The notes under the pieces were generated by a model. It saw only the letters and a list, made by a program, of their open reading frames with translations. It was not told the DNA's origin and did no database searches. A stretch of DNA of 64,000 nt from a virus. Shown here one piece after another: positions 1 through 8,270 of this stretch. Both the position numbers and the translations under genes were made by a program. Position 1 is the first letter of the stretch. Every line of letters starts with the position of its first letter. The DNA is taken from the IMG/VR virus record IMGVR_UViG_3300021956_000012. One strand, written 5' to 3'.

Positions 1-34
1 TTGTCTGTTGCAACAACTAGGGCAAAAAAAAAAT

Positions 35-56
35 ACCCTAGGAATTAACCTAGGGT
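35..56 (-). terminator. Rho-independent terminator after HNH gene
   Basis: Perfect 8-bp stem accctagg/cctagggt, with an A-run at 24-33 that gives the U-tract on the minus strand. Confidence 0.8.
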
Positions 57-62
57 TTATAC

Positions 63-629
63 TTATTCTTGTAATATTTTATTATATTTACTTAAGTTTT
101 CTTTTGCGGTAATGACTTGTAAATTCCAAGGGACATGTAAACCGCAAATATTTTTACCTTGTAACGGTATGATGTGATCAACATGATGTTCCTCACCAGT
201 TATTGATTTCAACAGTTGAGATTGTTTATAAAATTCTTCAATTTCTTTAACATGCTGCTCTGTCAACCATATTGGTGTGGCTTGAAGCTTTATTGCTCTG
301 CGTTTAGCACTTTTAGCCGCCATTCTCGCAAGGTTGGACTTCCTGTAAGATTTGTTATATTTGCGCCTTTTAGGTTTTAACTTGTCTTTATTTAATTCGT
401 AGTATTCTTTTGAGAGGCTTTTAAGTTCTGTCTTGTTAGCTTCATAATACTGTAAAGCGTATTCTTTCGCAGTGTCTTTATGAAGTTCACGATAGTTTTT
501 CTGGTATTCTTTTTGAAAGATACTAACACAAAGTTTGCACTGATTCTGATAACCACTTTTGTTTGCTCTACTTTTACTAAAAGCACTTAATAATTTGTCT
601 TCTTTGCACTTACTGCAATTTTTATACAT
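63..629 (-). CDS. HNH homing endonuclease with N-terminal CxxC zinc finger
   Basis: HHVDHIIPLQGKNICGLHVPWNLQVITAKEN HNH motif; CSKC...CKLC at N-terminus; GGAG RBS precedes ATG 629; paralogue of 44818..45306. Confidence 0.85.
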   Translation of the reverse strand: MYKNCSKCKEDKLLSAFSKSRANKSGYQNQCKLCVSIFQKEYQKNYRELHKDTAKEYALQYYEANKTELKSLSKEYYELNKDKLKPKRRKYNKSYRKSNLARMAAKSAKRRAIKLQATPIWLTEQHVKEIEEFYKQSQLLKSITGEEHHVDHIIPLQGKNICGLHVPWNLQVITAKENLSKYNKILQE

Positions 630-731
630 TTTAATCTCCATCAAGATTCATCATAATACAAATAAGAAAACCTTGGTGATGAGCCAAGGCTTGTCATTGG
701 GGGTAATTAGTCCTCAACTATTCTAATTTAT

Positions 732-760
732 ATTATATCAGATAATTAATGGAGAATCAA
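732..760 (-). promoter_or_regulatory. sigma70-type promoter of the cTTGATT class
   Basis: TTGATT-17nt-TATAAT on minus strand. Confidence 0.75.
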
Positions 761-763
761 GTA

Positions 764-1213
764 TTATTCGCCGAATTTATTAATTCTTTTGAATACAGCG
801 ACAACTCGTTTACCTGCAGGATTATCGAATGTATCGATCAACTTGCCATTGACTACAGCAACAGCGTGACCAGTGACATTAACGATATATTCACCGAAAC
901 CAAGAGTAGGCAGCAGTTTACCCAATGTAACACCTTCTGCAGTCTTTTGGTCAGATATATGAGCAGCGTAACGTGCAGCACGAGTACTACCATATACACC
1001 ATACAGAGTAAAACCTGCTTCTTCGTATGCACCTTTGAGGGTCTTGAAGAAAACACCTCGGCAATCTTTACGACCATGTTTCTTCAGCAAAGCGTGAGCT
1101 TTTTCGTAAGGCATTTCGGTTGCATTACTGAGTGCTCGAACACTACAGTCTTTTGTTTCGTTGCCTTTTTCGCAAGTTGCACCACGGTAAGCAGCTTGAA
1201 TCTTACGCATCAT
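764..1213 (-). CDS. Putative papain-fold (C39-like) cysteine peptidase domain protein
   Basis: ETKDCSVRALSNAT ... GHAVAVVNGKLID suggests a Cys-His-Asp triad; start moved to ATG 1213 (GGAG RBS). Confidence 0.5.
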   Translation of the reverse strand: MMRKIQAAYRGATCEKGNETKDCSVRALSNATEMPYEKAHALLKKHGRKDCRGVFFKTLKGAYEEAGFTLYGVYGSTRAARYAAHISDQKTAEGVTLGKLLPTLGFGEYIVNVTGHAVAVVNGKLIDTFDNPAGKRVVAVFKRINKFGE

Positions 1214-1287
1214 AAACTCCAGTTTTGTTGTCGATGAAAGAATTATAGCAAACTTTTTGGAGTCATGCGTATAACCCTTCAATCTAG

Positions 1288-1500
1288 TCAACTTTTATGA
1301 ATTGAACCACTGCAATCTGCATTGTCGCAATAAAAGAAACGCCAATTGGTTTGTGTGTGCATCGTACCTTCACAAACAGGACATTTAGGTACTTCTGTTT
1401 GCTGTTTCTTTTCGAAGATAGTACCTAAACGTTCTACATATTCCTCCTGTGGAATACTATAAGGACGAGGCCTTGCACCTTTGCCAGCATCATGCGCCAT
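1288..1500 (-). CDS. Hypothetical protein with CxxC...CxxxxC zinc ribbon
   Basis: ORF with GGAGG RBS; CPVC and CDNADC motifs. Confidence 0.55.
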   Translation of the reverse strand: MAHDAGKGARPRPYSIPQEEYVERLGTIFEKKQQTEVPKCPVCEGTMHTQTNWRFFYCDNADCSGSIHKS

Positions 1501-1819
1501 TGTTACCTCCTTCAAATTCAGTTTTTAGTTTTAGATATTCTTTTCTGCGGTTTTCTTTGTATTGCTCTTTTAGACGTTGTACTTCTGAATTCCGTTCAGC
1601 ATATTCTTTATCTGTTTCTTGTCTGGTAATAAGCAATGAAAGTTCTATATCTTCTCCGTAATGACTTACATCAAAACGTAAAGTACATCCCTGTCTGATA
1701 TAAGAAATGTTATCATTAGTAATATGATCTAATTCAGTTTTAACTTCATCTGGTGATTTACCATCAAGTAGCCCCCAAAAAGATAAACTAATATCTTTTA
1801 CTCTAATTTCTTGTTTCAT
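1490..1819 (-). CDS. Hypothetical protein
   Basis: ORF with AGGAG RBS, packed against neighbours. Confidence 0.65.
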   Translation of the reverse strand: MKQEIRVKDISLSFWGLLDGKSPDEVKTELDHITNDNISYIRQGCTLRFDVSHYGEDIELSLLITRQETDKEYAERNSEVQRLKEQYKENRRKEYLKLKTEFEGGNNGA

Positions 1820-1827
1820 ATTTCTCC

Positions 1828-1923
1828 TTAATCTTCAATTAAAAGACATAAATAACCAATTACAAATGCCCACCAAGGAGCACCAAGTAATACACAAACT
1901 ACGAATGCAAATAAAGCTACCAT
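1828..1923 (-). CDS. Small hydrophobic membrane peptide (31 aa, not in ORF track)
   Basis: MVALFAFVVCVLLGAPWWAFVIGYLCLLIED; exactly fills the gap between neighbouring genes. Confidence 0.55.
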   Translation of the reverse strand: MVALFAFVVCVLLGAPWWAFVIGYLCLLIED

Positions 1924-1924
1924 T

Positions 1925-2179
1925 TTAATCCTTTGAATAAATAATATGTTTCTTGATCTTCCAAGTATGAATCACAGCTTTACCTTCAGCATCTTCATCA
2001 CAGCACATATGTACTACTGTTTTCAGAACATTAGCAAAACGCACACCATCACGTACGTCAACTTCATGCATCAGATTGTTTTGGAGTGCCCAAGGATTGT
2101 CAGTCTTGCGGTAAGTAAAATAGTTACCAAAATCTTTTTCTTGGAACTCACCAATGTTGGTATCTCGAACTGTCAGCAT
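1925..2179 (-). CDS. Hypothetical protein
   Basis: ORF with AGGAG RBS and upstream promoter cassette. Confidence 0.65.
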   Translation of the reverse strand: MLTVRDTNIGEFQEKDFGNYFTYRKTDNPWALQNNLMHEVDVRDGVRFANVLKTVVHMCCDEDAEGKAVIHTWKIKKHIIYSKD

Positions 2180-2186
2180 GTAAATT

Positions 2187-2218
2187 CTCCTTGTGTTAAA
2201 GCGTAGATTATACAGCAG
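2187..2218 (-). promoter_or_regulatory. Early promoter-RBS cassette
   Basis: ctgctgTATAATctacgctttaacacaAGGAG; near copy at 2784-2815. Confidence 0.6.
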
Positions 2219-2489
2219 AATTCAACCATTCCATGCAACGATCAAATAAACTTTTTGGATTATCTCGCTCTTCGTTTGTCGTATAAAAGCTAAATTCACC
2301 ACCATATGTACGGAAAGTAACACTGAAGCACTCACCAGTACGCATATCAATGTGTGGGTCTACGTACTTTACTGTTCTGCGTCCTGAACGTGCAGCAAGT
2401 GAAGAGAGTGGTGAATGGTACATGTAAATATAATTTAGCAAGTTTGCCAAATCAATCAAGGTCATATTTTTAGACATTCTTTTCTCCAA
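2208..2489 (-). CDS. Hypothetical protein
   Basis: ORF track, co-oriented and tightly packed. Confidence 0.6.
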   Translation of the reverse strand: MEKRMSKNMTLIDLANLLNYIYMYHSPLSSLAARSGRRTVKYVDPHIDMRTGECFSVTFRTYGGEFSFYTTNEERDNPKSLFDRCMEWLNSAV

Positions 2490-2778
2490 GTTTAATCAAA
2501 GCATAGTCCACTGCGTTATTACGATTATAGCATGCATAGCTACGAATTGGACTGCGTTTATCAGTATGTTCGTAAGTATGTTTTGGATCAGTTCCGTACT
2601 TATCACGATAAGCATTAAAGAACAAAGTAGCATCACAATCTTCTTCAAGATAAGCTGTACCACCAAGAATATAGCTATATGGACTGATCTGAGTAATGAT
2701 ACCAAGTTCCATCAACTCGGTGATCTTAACTGCAAGCCAACCATGACCGGGATCAGCGTAGAATTTGTATGTCTTCAT
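2470..2778 (-). CDS. Conserved phage hypothetical protein (DPGHGWL motif)
   Basis: FYADPGHGWLAV...YLEEDCDA; AGGAG RBS. Confidence 0.65.
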   Translation of the reverse strand: MKTYKFYADPGHGWLAVKITELMELGIITQISPYSYILGGTAYLEEDCDATLFFNAYRDKYGTDPKHTYEHTDKRSPIRSYACYNRNNAVDYALIKLGEKNV

Positions 2779-2783
2779 TTGAA

Positions 2784-2815
2784 CTCCTAGTGTTGAAGCC
2801 TTGATTATACAGCAG
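2784..2815 (-). promoter_or_regulatory. Early promoter-RBS cassette
   Basis: ctgctgTATAATcaaggcttcaacactAGGAG. Confidence 0.6.
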
Positions 2816-3179
2816 TTTTAAACAATTCTTGGGGTATTGCACCAAATTTTTTATACAAAGCTTTGCTTGATATGTTTGCAGCTTTTATACGTAAATTCTT
2901 TTTATTAATAATACTTTGATAGTAATCTCTTGCAATTTTATTTCTAGAATTACCACGACTGTTATTGCACTTAAAGCAAGCTGCTACAAGATTACTTCTC
3001 GCATCACTTCTGACATGCTTAGGACTCGACCATTTATCAACCAAATGCTCAACAGTAGCATCTGTATCTTTAAACTTATATTCAGTTTTAAATGTCATTT
3101 GTGCAGCACAATAGTGACACTTGCAGTTTTGCTCTTTAACTAAACTATCAAGATGCAATTTTGCAACGTTGCCTGTCAT
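2805..3179 (-). CDS. HNH endonuclease
   Basis: CHYC...ATVEHL...NLVAACFKCN. Confidence 0.75.
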   Translation of the reverse strand: MTGNVAKLHLDSLVKEQNCKCHYCAAQMTFKTEYKFKDTDATVEHLVDKWSSPKHVRSDARSNLVAACFKCNNSRGNSRNKIARDYYQSIINKKNLRIKAANISSKALYKKFGAIPQELFKTAV

Positions 3180-3264
3180 GTTTGAAATCCTTTGAGTAGT
3201 TAACGTCTGGAATGAATTATACAACAAAAAATCCCTGTAGGATATACCCACAGGGAAATAAAGG

Positions 3265-3606
3265 TTATTCTTTTCGTTCTACCATCTTAACAGATGTAAG
3301 TTTACCGTCAGTGAATGTAAATTCAATGTGGTCAGACATAGCAGAATTTGTGCAATACATGCCTTGTGGAACTTGAGCACCGTCCCAAACTCGCTCAGGC
3401 CCCTCATGAACACACTGCTCAATCGAATCATAATGCATGTACATCTTTTTGAGTACTGGTTTGTGTTTAACTCGGTATTCAAAGTCTACATTCCAAGCAG
3501 GGTTAGGTAGATACTCCCATTTATCTTCAGGGCTACATTTCCTTTCAATCTCAGCGCCATCAGCCCATGCTTTGATAAGCTCTGCATGTTTGTGTGGTTT
3601 GTTCAT
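3265..3606 (-). CDS. Conserved phage hypothetical protein
   Basis: KPHKHAELIKAWADGAEIE...EYRVK; AGGAG RBS. Confidence 0.65.
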   Translation of the reverse strand: MNKPHKHAELIKAWADGAEIERKCSPEDKWEYLPNPAWNVDFEYRVKHKPVLKKMYMHYDSIEQCVHEGPERVWDGAQVPQGMYCTNSAMSDHIEFTFTDGKLTSVKMVERKE

Positions 3607-3609
3607 AAA

Positions 3610-4155
3610 TTACTCCTTGTAAAAACGATGATTGCCGATTGTAGCATAGGTTTTCTTGGTTTTGATCCATGCATTCTTAATTTTTTTATGAGCATACCAA
3701 AGAACAGAGTGCTCTAAGATAGGCTTAAATTGTCCTTCTACCATGCTATCAGCGGTCAGTGCTACCTTGCTATACATAGGTTGTTCAGAGGTCTTTATAG
3801 AGGCTTCTAGACGCTCTCCGGTAGGTTTGTTCTCCAGTGTATAGCTGAACTGTTTGCGTTGGTTGATCACAGCACAATAAGTACTAGGATAGTTTGGATG
3901 ATTTACTCTGTTTTCAATCACAGAAGCTACAGCTAAAATACCATGCTCTCCTTCACCACGGGCTTCATGCCACAGAGCCGCTTTGATGCATTCTTTTTCC
4001 TTAGCTTTCATTTGCTCTTGGCGTTCTTTTTGGATAGCATCAGCTGTCTGGTTAATCTGGTAATCTTGATAGATAATTACAGCTGTAGTTGTAACCACTA
4101 AAAAGATTATGTAGTACAAGAGATGTTTTAGCAAATCTTTTAAGTGTTCACGCAT
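3610..4155 (-). CDS. Membrane-anchored cell wall hydrolase (SleB/Hydrolase_2 family)
   Basis: ALWHEARGE...AVASVIENRV...QFSY...IGNHRFY; N-terminal TM segment. Confidence 0.85.
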   Translation of the reverse strand: MREHLKDLLKHLLYYIIFLVVTTTAVIIYQDYQINQTADAIQKERQEQMKAKEKECIKAALWHEARGEGEHGILAVASVIENRVNHPNYPSTYCAVINQRKQFSYTLENKPTGERLEASIKTSEQPMYSKVALTADSMVEGQFKPILEHSVLWYAHKKIKNAWIKTKKTYATIGNHRFYKE

Positions 4156-4270
4156 TGTAGATATCCTGAATAAAAAGTAGGAATACAATGATCCAGAATC
4201 CCCAAGTAAAAACAGTCAGTCCATTGAAGGCTAGGACAAAACCAATAGCTGCATTAATTATGAATGTCAT
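4148..4270 (-). CDS. Small hydrophobic membrane peptide (40 aa, not in ORF track)
   Basis: MTFIINAAIGFVLAFNGLTVFTWGFWIIVFLLFIQDIYNA; overlaps both neighbours. Confidence 0.55.
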   Translation of the reverse strand: MTFIINAAIGFVLAFNGLTVFTWGFWIIVFLLFIQDIYNA

Positions 4271-4494
4271 TCTTTAACTCCAATCGTAGTTTTCACGGGT
4301 TTAGGTGGGTAAGCAATTCGATGACCATTATGCCAGAAAAAATTACCGGATTTTTCCAGTTCTTTTTGATAGTTTTTATAACGTTCCTTACACTTACCAT
4401 GATGTTTACCATTTCTATAGGATATGGAAATTACAAAATAAATTATCAATGCTAAAAGCAAAGCATGTTGCCAGATGCTTAGATCAATAATCAT
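4267..4494 (-). CDS. Hypothetical membrane protein
   Basis: N-terminal hydrophobic helix; ATGA overlap with neighbour. Confidence 0.6.
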   Translation of the reverse strand: MIIDLSIWQHALLLALIIYFVISISYRNGKHHGKCKERYKNYQKELEKSGNFFWHNGHRIAYPPKPVKTTIGVKE

Positions 4495-4715
4495 TCTTTA
4501 ACTCCAAAATGTTTCAAAATCTCTGTTCCGGGATGCTGGCACTGTTTTTCCGCTCGACTGCTGATTTTAGCACACTGTTTGATAATCAATTCGGCAAATT
4601 TCCTTGCCTTTGCTACGCTCTCAATATTTGGAGTCACAGCCATAGAATCATGAAGACTCTCAAAAGTAATCAATCCTGCTTGTGTTGCCAAGTCATAAAT
4701 TTCATTGTTAATCAT
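4491..4715 (-). CDS. Hypothetical protein
   Basis: ORF with ATGA overlaps. Confidence 0.6.
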   Translation of the reverse strand: MINNEIYDLATQAGLITFESLHDSMAVTPNIESVAKARKFAELIIKQCAKISSRAEKQCQHPGTEILKHFGVKE

Positions 4716-4855
4716 TCTTCACCTCGCTTTTGCTGGCGTTGCTTACTGAAATCTTTCTTTTTCTTCTTGTCGCTGCGAACTGGAGTCTCTTCATACCCAC
4801 CATCATCAAAGCGTTTTTTCTTGCCTTTGGTGTTTTGGATGTAAGAACTTTGCAT
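4712..4855 (-). CDS. Small basic protein (47 aa, not in ORF track)
   Basis: MQSSYIQNTKGKKKRFDDGG...KKKKKDFSKQRQQKRGEE; AGGA RBS. Confidence 0.5.
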   Translation of the reverse strand: MQSSYIQNTKGKKKRFDDGGYEETPVRSDKKKKKDFSKQRQQKRGEE

Positions 4856-4887
4856 GATTTTCCTTGGTAAGTTGTTGGGATGACTGA

Positions 4888-4916
4888 ATTATAGCAGGTT
4901 TTTAAGCTTCTTCCAA
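4888..4916 (-). promoter_or_regulatory. sigma70-type early promoter
   Basis: TTGGAA-17-TATAAT with TGn extended -10. Confidence 0.6.
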
Positions 4917-5063
4917 TTCTTCTAAAATATTTTGAGCTTGCTCGAAAGTTGCACCACGAGCGATGTAGTTAACAATGTCTCCATCGAAATCAATTTCTAC
5001 GATATCGAACAATGTTTTGTATACTTTGTTACGAACAATGACCATTTCCAAATCTTCTACCAT
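4902..5063 (-). CDS. Hypothetical protein (53 aa)
   Basis: MVEDLEMVIVRNKVY...; AGGAG RBS. Confidence 0.5.
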   Translation of the reverse strand: MVEDLEMVIVRNKVYKTLFDIVEIDFDGDIVNYIARGATFEQAQNILEELEEA

Positions 5064-5077
5064 GTTTACTCCTTAAA

Positions 5078-5112
5078 AGAAAAAGCGGCCAATACCCGAA
5101 GGTATCAGCCGA
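5078..5112 (-). terminator. Rho-independent terminator with cUUCGg loop
   Basis: cggctgatacc-ttcg-ggtattggccg followed by ctttttctttt on minus strand. Confidence 0.75.
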
Positions 5113-5117
5113 AGGGA

Positions 5118-5246
5118 TTAGCGGTTGTTTAGACGCAACGCAACAGCGTTAGCTTCCGTTTGCAAGCTGCACAGTTGCACATCAGTGTATTGCACTGTGT
5201 CAAAAACTTTCCAGTAACCGTTGTTCCATTTGACAGTGTATCGCAT
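5118..5246 (-). CDS. Hypothetical protein (42 aa)
   Basis: MRYTVKWNNGYWKVFD...; AGGAG RBS. Confidence 0.5.
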   Translation of the reverse strand: MRYTVKWNNGYWKVFDTVQYTDVQLCSLQTEANAVALRLNNR

Positions 5247-5255
5247 ATTTTCTCC

Positions 5256-5423
5256 TTATTTGAAGCGTTCTTTATACGCCATTTCAATACCAACTTTTAA
5301 GATTGTTTCTGCAATCAAAGCTTGGCGATGTAATACATCATAGATGTAGTCAATTGGTAGTTCTTCTTCGTTAGCCTTAGTGAATAACTTCTGAATCTCT
5401 ACCTCAAACTCTTCAATTGTCAT
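5256..5423 (-). CDS. Hypothetical protein (55 aa)
   Basis: MTIEEFEVEIQKLF...; overlaps the upstream stop codon. Confidence 0.5.
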   Translation of the reverse strand: MTIEEFEVEIQKLFTKANEEELPIDYIYDVLHRQALIAETILKVGIEMAYKERFK

Positions 5424-5632
5424 TTTGTAGCTACGTCTTCTACTAACGAGCCTTTAGCTTCAGCTTGTTTAGCTTGCATGTTCTGAATATGATTTGCTAC
5501 ATTCAGATCATATACAACTTCAACAAACTGCTTGATGGTTGCCAGTTGACCGTAAACGATACCTACATCAAGGGTATTCAAACCCTTGGTTACAACGGTA
5601 TCTAGTTCTTGTCGGAATTCTTGTTCAGTCAT
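5420..5632 (-). CDS. Hypothetical protein
   Basis: ORF track. Confidence 0.6.
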   Translation of the reverse strand: MTEQEFRQELDTVVTKGLNTLDVGIVYGQLATIKQFVEVVYDLNVANHIQNMQAKQAEAKGSLVEDVATK

Positions 5633-5753
5633 ATTTACTCTCTTTCATTGTGGTTAAAATTAAACTCTTTTTCTTGCCAGTATCGCAAATCTGCTATAGC
5701 TTCTCGTTCGTCTTGAAGAGATACAAATTCACAACTACCTTCTGAAAAGATAG

Positions 5754-5782
5754 ATTGTACATCAAAAACTTCTACTTGTCTA
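5754..5782 (-). promoter_or_regulatory. sigma70-type promoter
   Basis: TAGACA-17-TACAAT with TG extension. Confidence 0.55.
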
Positions 5783-5892
5783 TCTTTTTTCTGTTTCTTC
5801 AAAATAAAGCCTCCGGTACATCTGATACGTCAGGTTTTGTCGTGGTATGCACTTTCTGATCTAGCAACTGTTGGCTCTCAGGTGTGCGCTGA

Positions 5893-6240
5893 TTATTCAT
5901 CGTTGGAAAGGGCCATTTTGGAGGTGTCTGTTGTTGCATGTCTGATTCCTTCTAGGTTACGTTTCATTTCAGGGTCGATCTTTACAGTGATCTTGACTGC
6001 ATTGTACAGCATTTTTGTAGGATTACCAGAAAAACCATCCTGTGTACTCAACAAATATTTTGTAGGCTTCAATGTACCGATACCATCTATCTTTACAGTC
6101 TCTCCACGTCCTAAGATGACCTGTACATGACCAATTATGTGATTTAGGATATCCTCTACTTCATACTGATGATACCTAGAGGACTCTGCAATCAATTTGA
6201 TCAGTTGTTTATGACTGGTTCTTTTAATTGCAGTTTCCAT
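5893..6240 (-). CDS. HU/IHF-like DNA-binding protein
   Basis: LIKLIAE...EVEDIL...GETVKIDGIGTLK...GNP...VKI fits the HU fold. Confidence 0.75.
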   Translation of the reverse strand: METAIKRTSHKQLIKLIAESSRYHQYEVEDILNHIIGHVQVILGRGETVKIDGIGTLKPTKYLLSTQDGFSGNPTKMLYNAVKITVKIDPEMKRNLEGIRHATTDTSKMALSNDE

Positions 6241-7133
6241 TAACCCTCCTTTACGTTATTAGGAATCAATTGTCTGAATTGTACCCAACCACGTAGATTA
6301 CCGGACCATAGCTGACCATTCTTATCTAGGTGAGTGATACCTTCGATTTTAAATTCATCACTATCTACAATCGGTGTGGCGATATGCTCCACAGGACTAG
6401 CATGCACAGGTACTGAATTAATCAGGCGATCAAATACTACAGAAGCTTTCTCTAGGCTACCATCGTTCTTACGATAGCTTACTTGAGCGCAGCAACTTGC
6501 ACTGATCATACGTGCCTCTTCTAGTGTAATGTATTTATCGTGTTCATCAATATAAAACAATTCTTTTAGCTGAGGCATTGATCGTTGTGTATTAACATAT
6601 GGTACATGCCATTCACCTTCAAACAAGGTTTGTGGGATACTTGCTGTATACGAATCGTGCATTTTCTGAGCCAGTTCTTTAATCTCAGGTTGTGCATCAG
6701 CATGATCACGCAGCCAGAACCAGTTATTTAACTCAGTGGCTGTAACAATCGTTTTAATCAATTGATAAGGCTCCAGTACACGGTTAACAATCTGCTTATG
6801 CAGTCCCATATCTCGCATGACAATAGCATGGTTGATTGCGCTATCTCGTGCAGCTAACCAAAGCAGTTTAGCACCTTCGATATTGTCAATCTCAGTGTTA
6901 GCTTGCATACCAGCTTGATTCTTACCCCAATGCACAGGCATAGCTGGATTGGTCTTCAACAGTTCGATAACCTTATCAATTGGAATAGCACGAGAACTGG
7001 CTGCATTACGGCTAAACACCCGATGAGTCATTAGTTCGCTATGGATGAAACGAGGATAGACTAACTCAAACGTAGTCAACCTTGATTTCATATCAGGGTT
7101 ATAACTGTCTGCAATAATTTTTACTTCAATCAT
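6240..7133 (-). CDS. thyX: Flavin-dependent thymidylate synthase
   Basis: YPRFIHSELMTHRVFSRNAASSRAIP; LRDHADAQPEI. Confidence 0.85.
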   Translation of the reverse strand: MIEVKIIADSYNPDMKSRLTTFELVYPRFIHSELMTHRVFSRNAASSRAIPIDKVIELLKTNPAMPVHWGKNQAGMQANTEIDNIEGAKLLWLAARDSAINHAIVMRDMGLHKQIVNRVLEPYQLIKTIVTATELNNWFWLRDHADAQPEIKELAQKMHDSYTASIPQTLFEGEWHVPYVNTQRSMPQLKELFYIDEHDKYITLEEARMISASCCAQVSYRKNDGSLEKASVVFDRLINSVPVHASPVEHIATPIVDSDEFKIEGITHLDKNGQLWSGNLRGWVQFRQLIPNNVKEG

Positions 7134-7702
7134 TAATATTCCTTGTGGTGATCAGAGATATGAATCTCTTTTTGTTGCATTAAATCCAGTACATCCTTTT
7201 CACTAAAGAAACGATGCTGTCTGTACAAATTATACGCTGAATCTAAGCCTACGTCAAGCATTTTACCCTTACTATCTGCATGATTTCCATGACAATGACC
7301 ATGTAAGTGATACGCACCATAACCTTGACGATGCCACGATGCAATCGGATAATGAAATAGTACTACAGGTGTATCACCTAGTTTAATCTCTTTGTAATCA
7401 TACCATGCTGCGATCAGTTGGTCTTTTACGAGTTGATCTAGGTGTTCACGCTTGTCATGATTACCTTTGATGAAAATCTTAGAACCTTTTAGTTGAGAGA
7501 CAACACCAGCGACTTCATCGTAGTTTTTAAAGAATGAGAAATCACCTAGATGGTACACAAGATCACCCGATGATACTTCTGTGTTCCAAAGGTCAATTAA
7601 CCAGCGTGTGTGATTATCTTGGGAACCGCAATCAACTGCACGATTTGTAAACTCTACAATTCGCTTATGACCGAAATGAAGGTCACTACAAAATATTTTC
7701 AT
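7133..7702 (-). CDS. Calcineurin-like metallophosphoesterase
   Basis: SDLHFGH, LGDF, GNHD, FHYP, HGHCH motifs. Confidence 0.9.
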   Translation of the reverse strand: MKIFCSDLHFGHKRIVEFTNRAVDCGSQDNHTRWLIDLWNTEVSSGDLVYHLGDFSFFKNYDEVAGVVSQLKGSKIFIKGNHDKREHLDQLVKDQLIAAWYDYKEIKLGDTPVVLFHYPIASWHRQGYGAYHLHGHCHGNHADSKGKMLDVGLDSAYNLYRQHRFFSEKDVLDLMQQKEIHISDHHKEY

Positions 7703-7920
7703 TATTTAACTCCTGCAATTTCCATAAGTTTAAAACGTAATTGTTTCTCAATTGGTTCTAATTCTTTCCATGCTTTATCTTGTGAACGATGATAATCTGT
7801 ACTATCAAGTTGCCAAGCACGAGCATGTAACCGAGTAAACTTATTGAACAGATTACCAAGTTCAGTTGTGTCAAAAGCTTTAGCAATTCTGTGAATATCA
7901 AGTATTTCAGCGTTTGTCAT
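7702..7920 (-). CDS. Hypothetical protein
   Basis: ORF track. Confidence 0.55.
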   Translation of the reverse strand: MTNAEILDIHRIAKAFDTTELGNLFNKFTRLHARAWQLDSTDYHRSQDKAWKELEPIEKQLRFKLMEIAGVK

Positions 7921-8083
7921 TGATTTCCTTTAAAATTTCAATTAAATCTGGGATAATTTTCTTATCAAAAGTTACAGCCCAATTATGATAAGTACTTAAT
8001 CTGATATTAAAAATATTTTCATTAATATCCTCAATGACAACATAGATATTTCCACTTGGCGTTTTAATAGGGTACTTTGTCAT
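7907..8083 (-). CDS. Hypothetical protein (58 aa, not in ORF track)
   Basis: MTKYPIKTPSGNIYVVIED...; fills the gap with overlaps. Confidence 0.45.
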   Translation of the reverse strand: MTKYPIKTPSGNIYVVIEDINENIFNIRLSTYHNWAVTFDKKIIPDLIEILKEINDKR

Positions 8084-8268
8084 CGCTTACCTTTCATTTG
8101 TCCCTTGAGTTTTAAATACTCTTCGTCTTCTAGTTCTCGTAATCCAACGCAAGGTTTGTTTACTTGCTTTTCAGTTGCACGATTATTCAGACGAACAAGG
8201 CCACAACGACCGCAGTAAACAAACATACCTTTAGCATGCAAATTACGATTGAAATTATGGCCTTGCAT
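8080..8268 (-). CDS. Small zinc-ribbon protein
   Basis: YCGRCG...PC; AGGAG RBS. Confidence 0.55.
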   Translation of the reverse strand: MQGHNFNRNLHAKGMFVYCGRCGLVRLNNRATEKQVNKPCVGLRELEDEEYLKLKGQMKGKR

Positions 8269-8270
8269 CT

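Noticed and set aside
749-1237. Antisense and alternate-frame ORFs in the track (e.g. 749..1237+, 15482..15784-, 40821..41252+, 58935..59528+)
   Set aside because: They shadow well-supported genes on the opposite strand, lack an RBS and show no motifs
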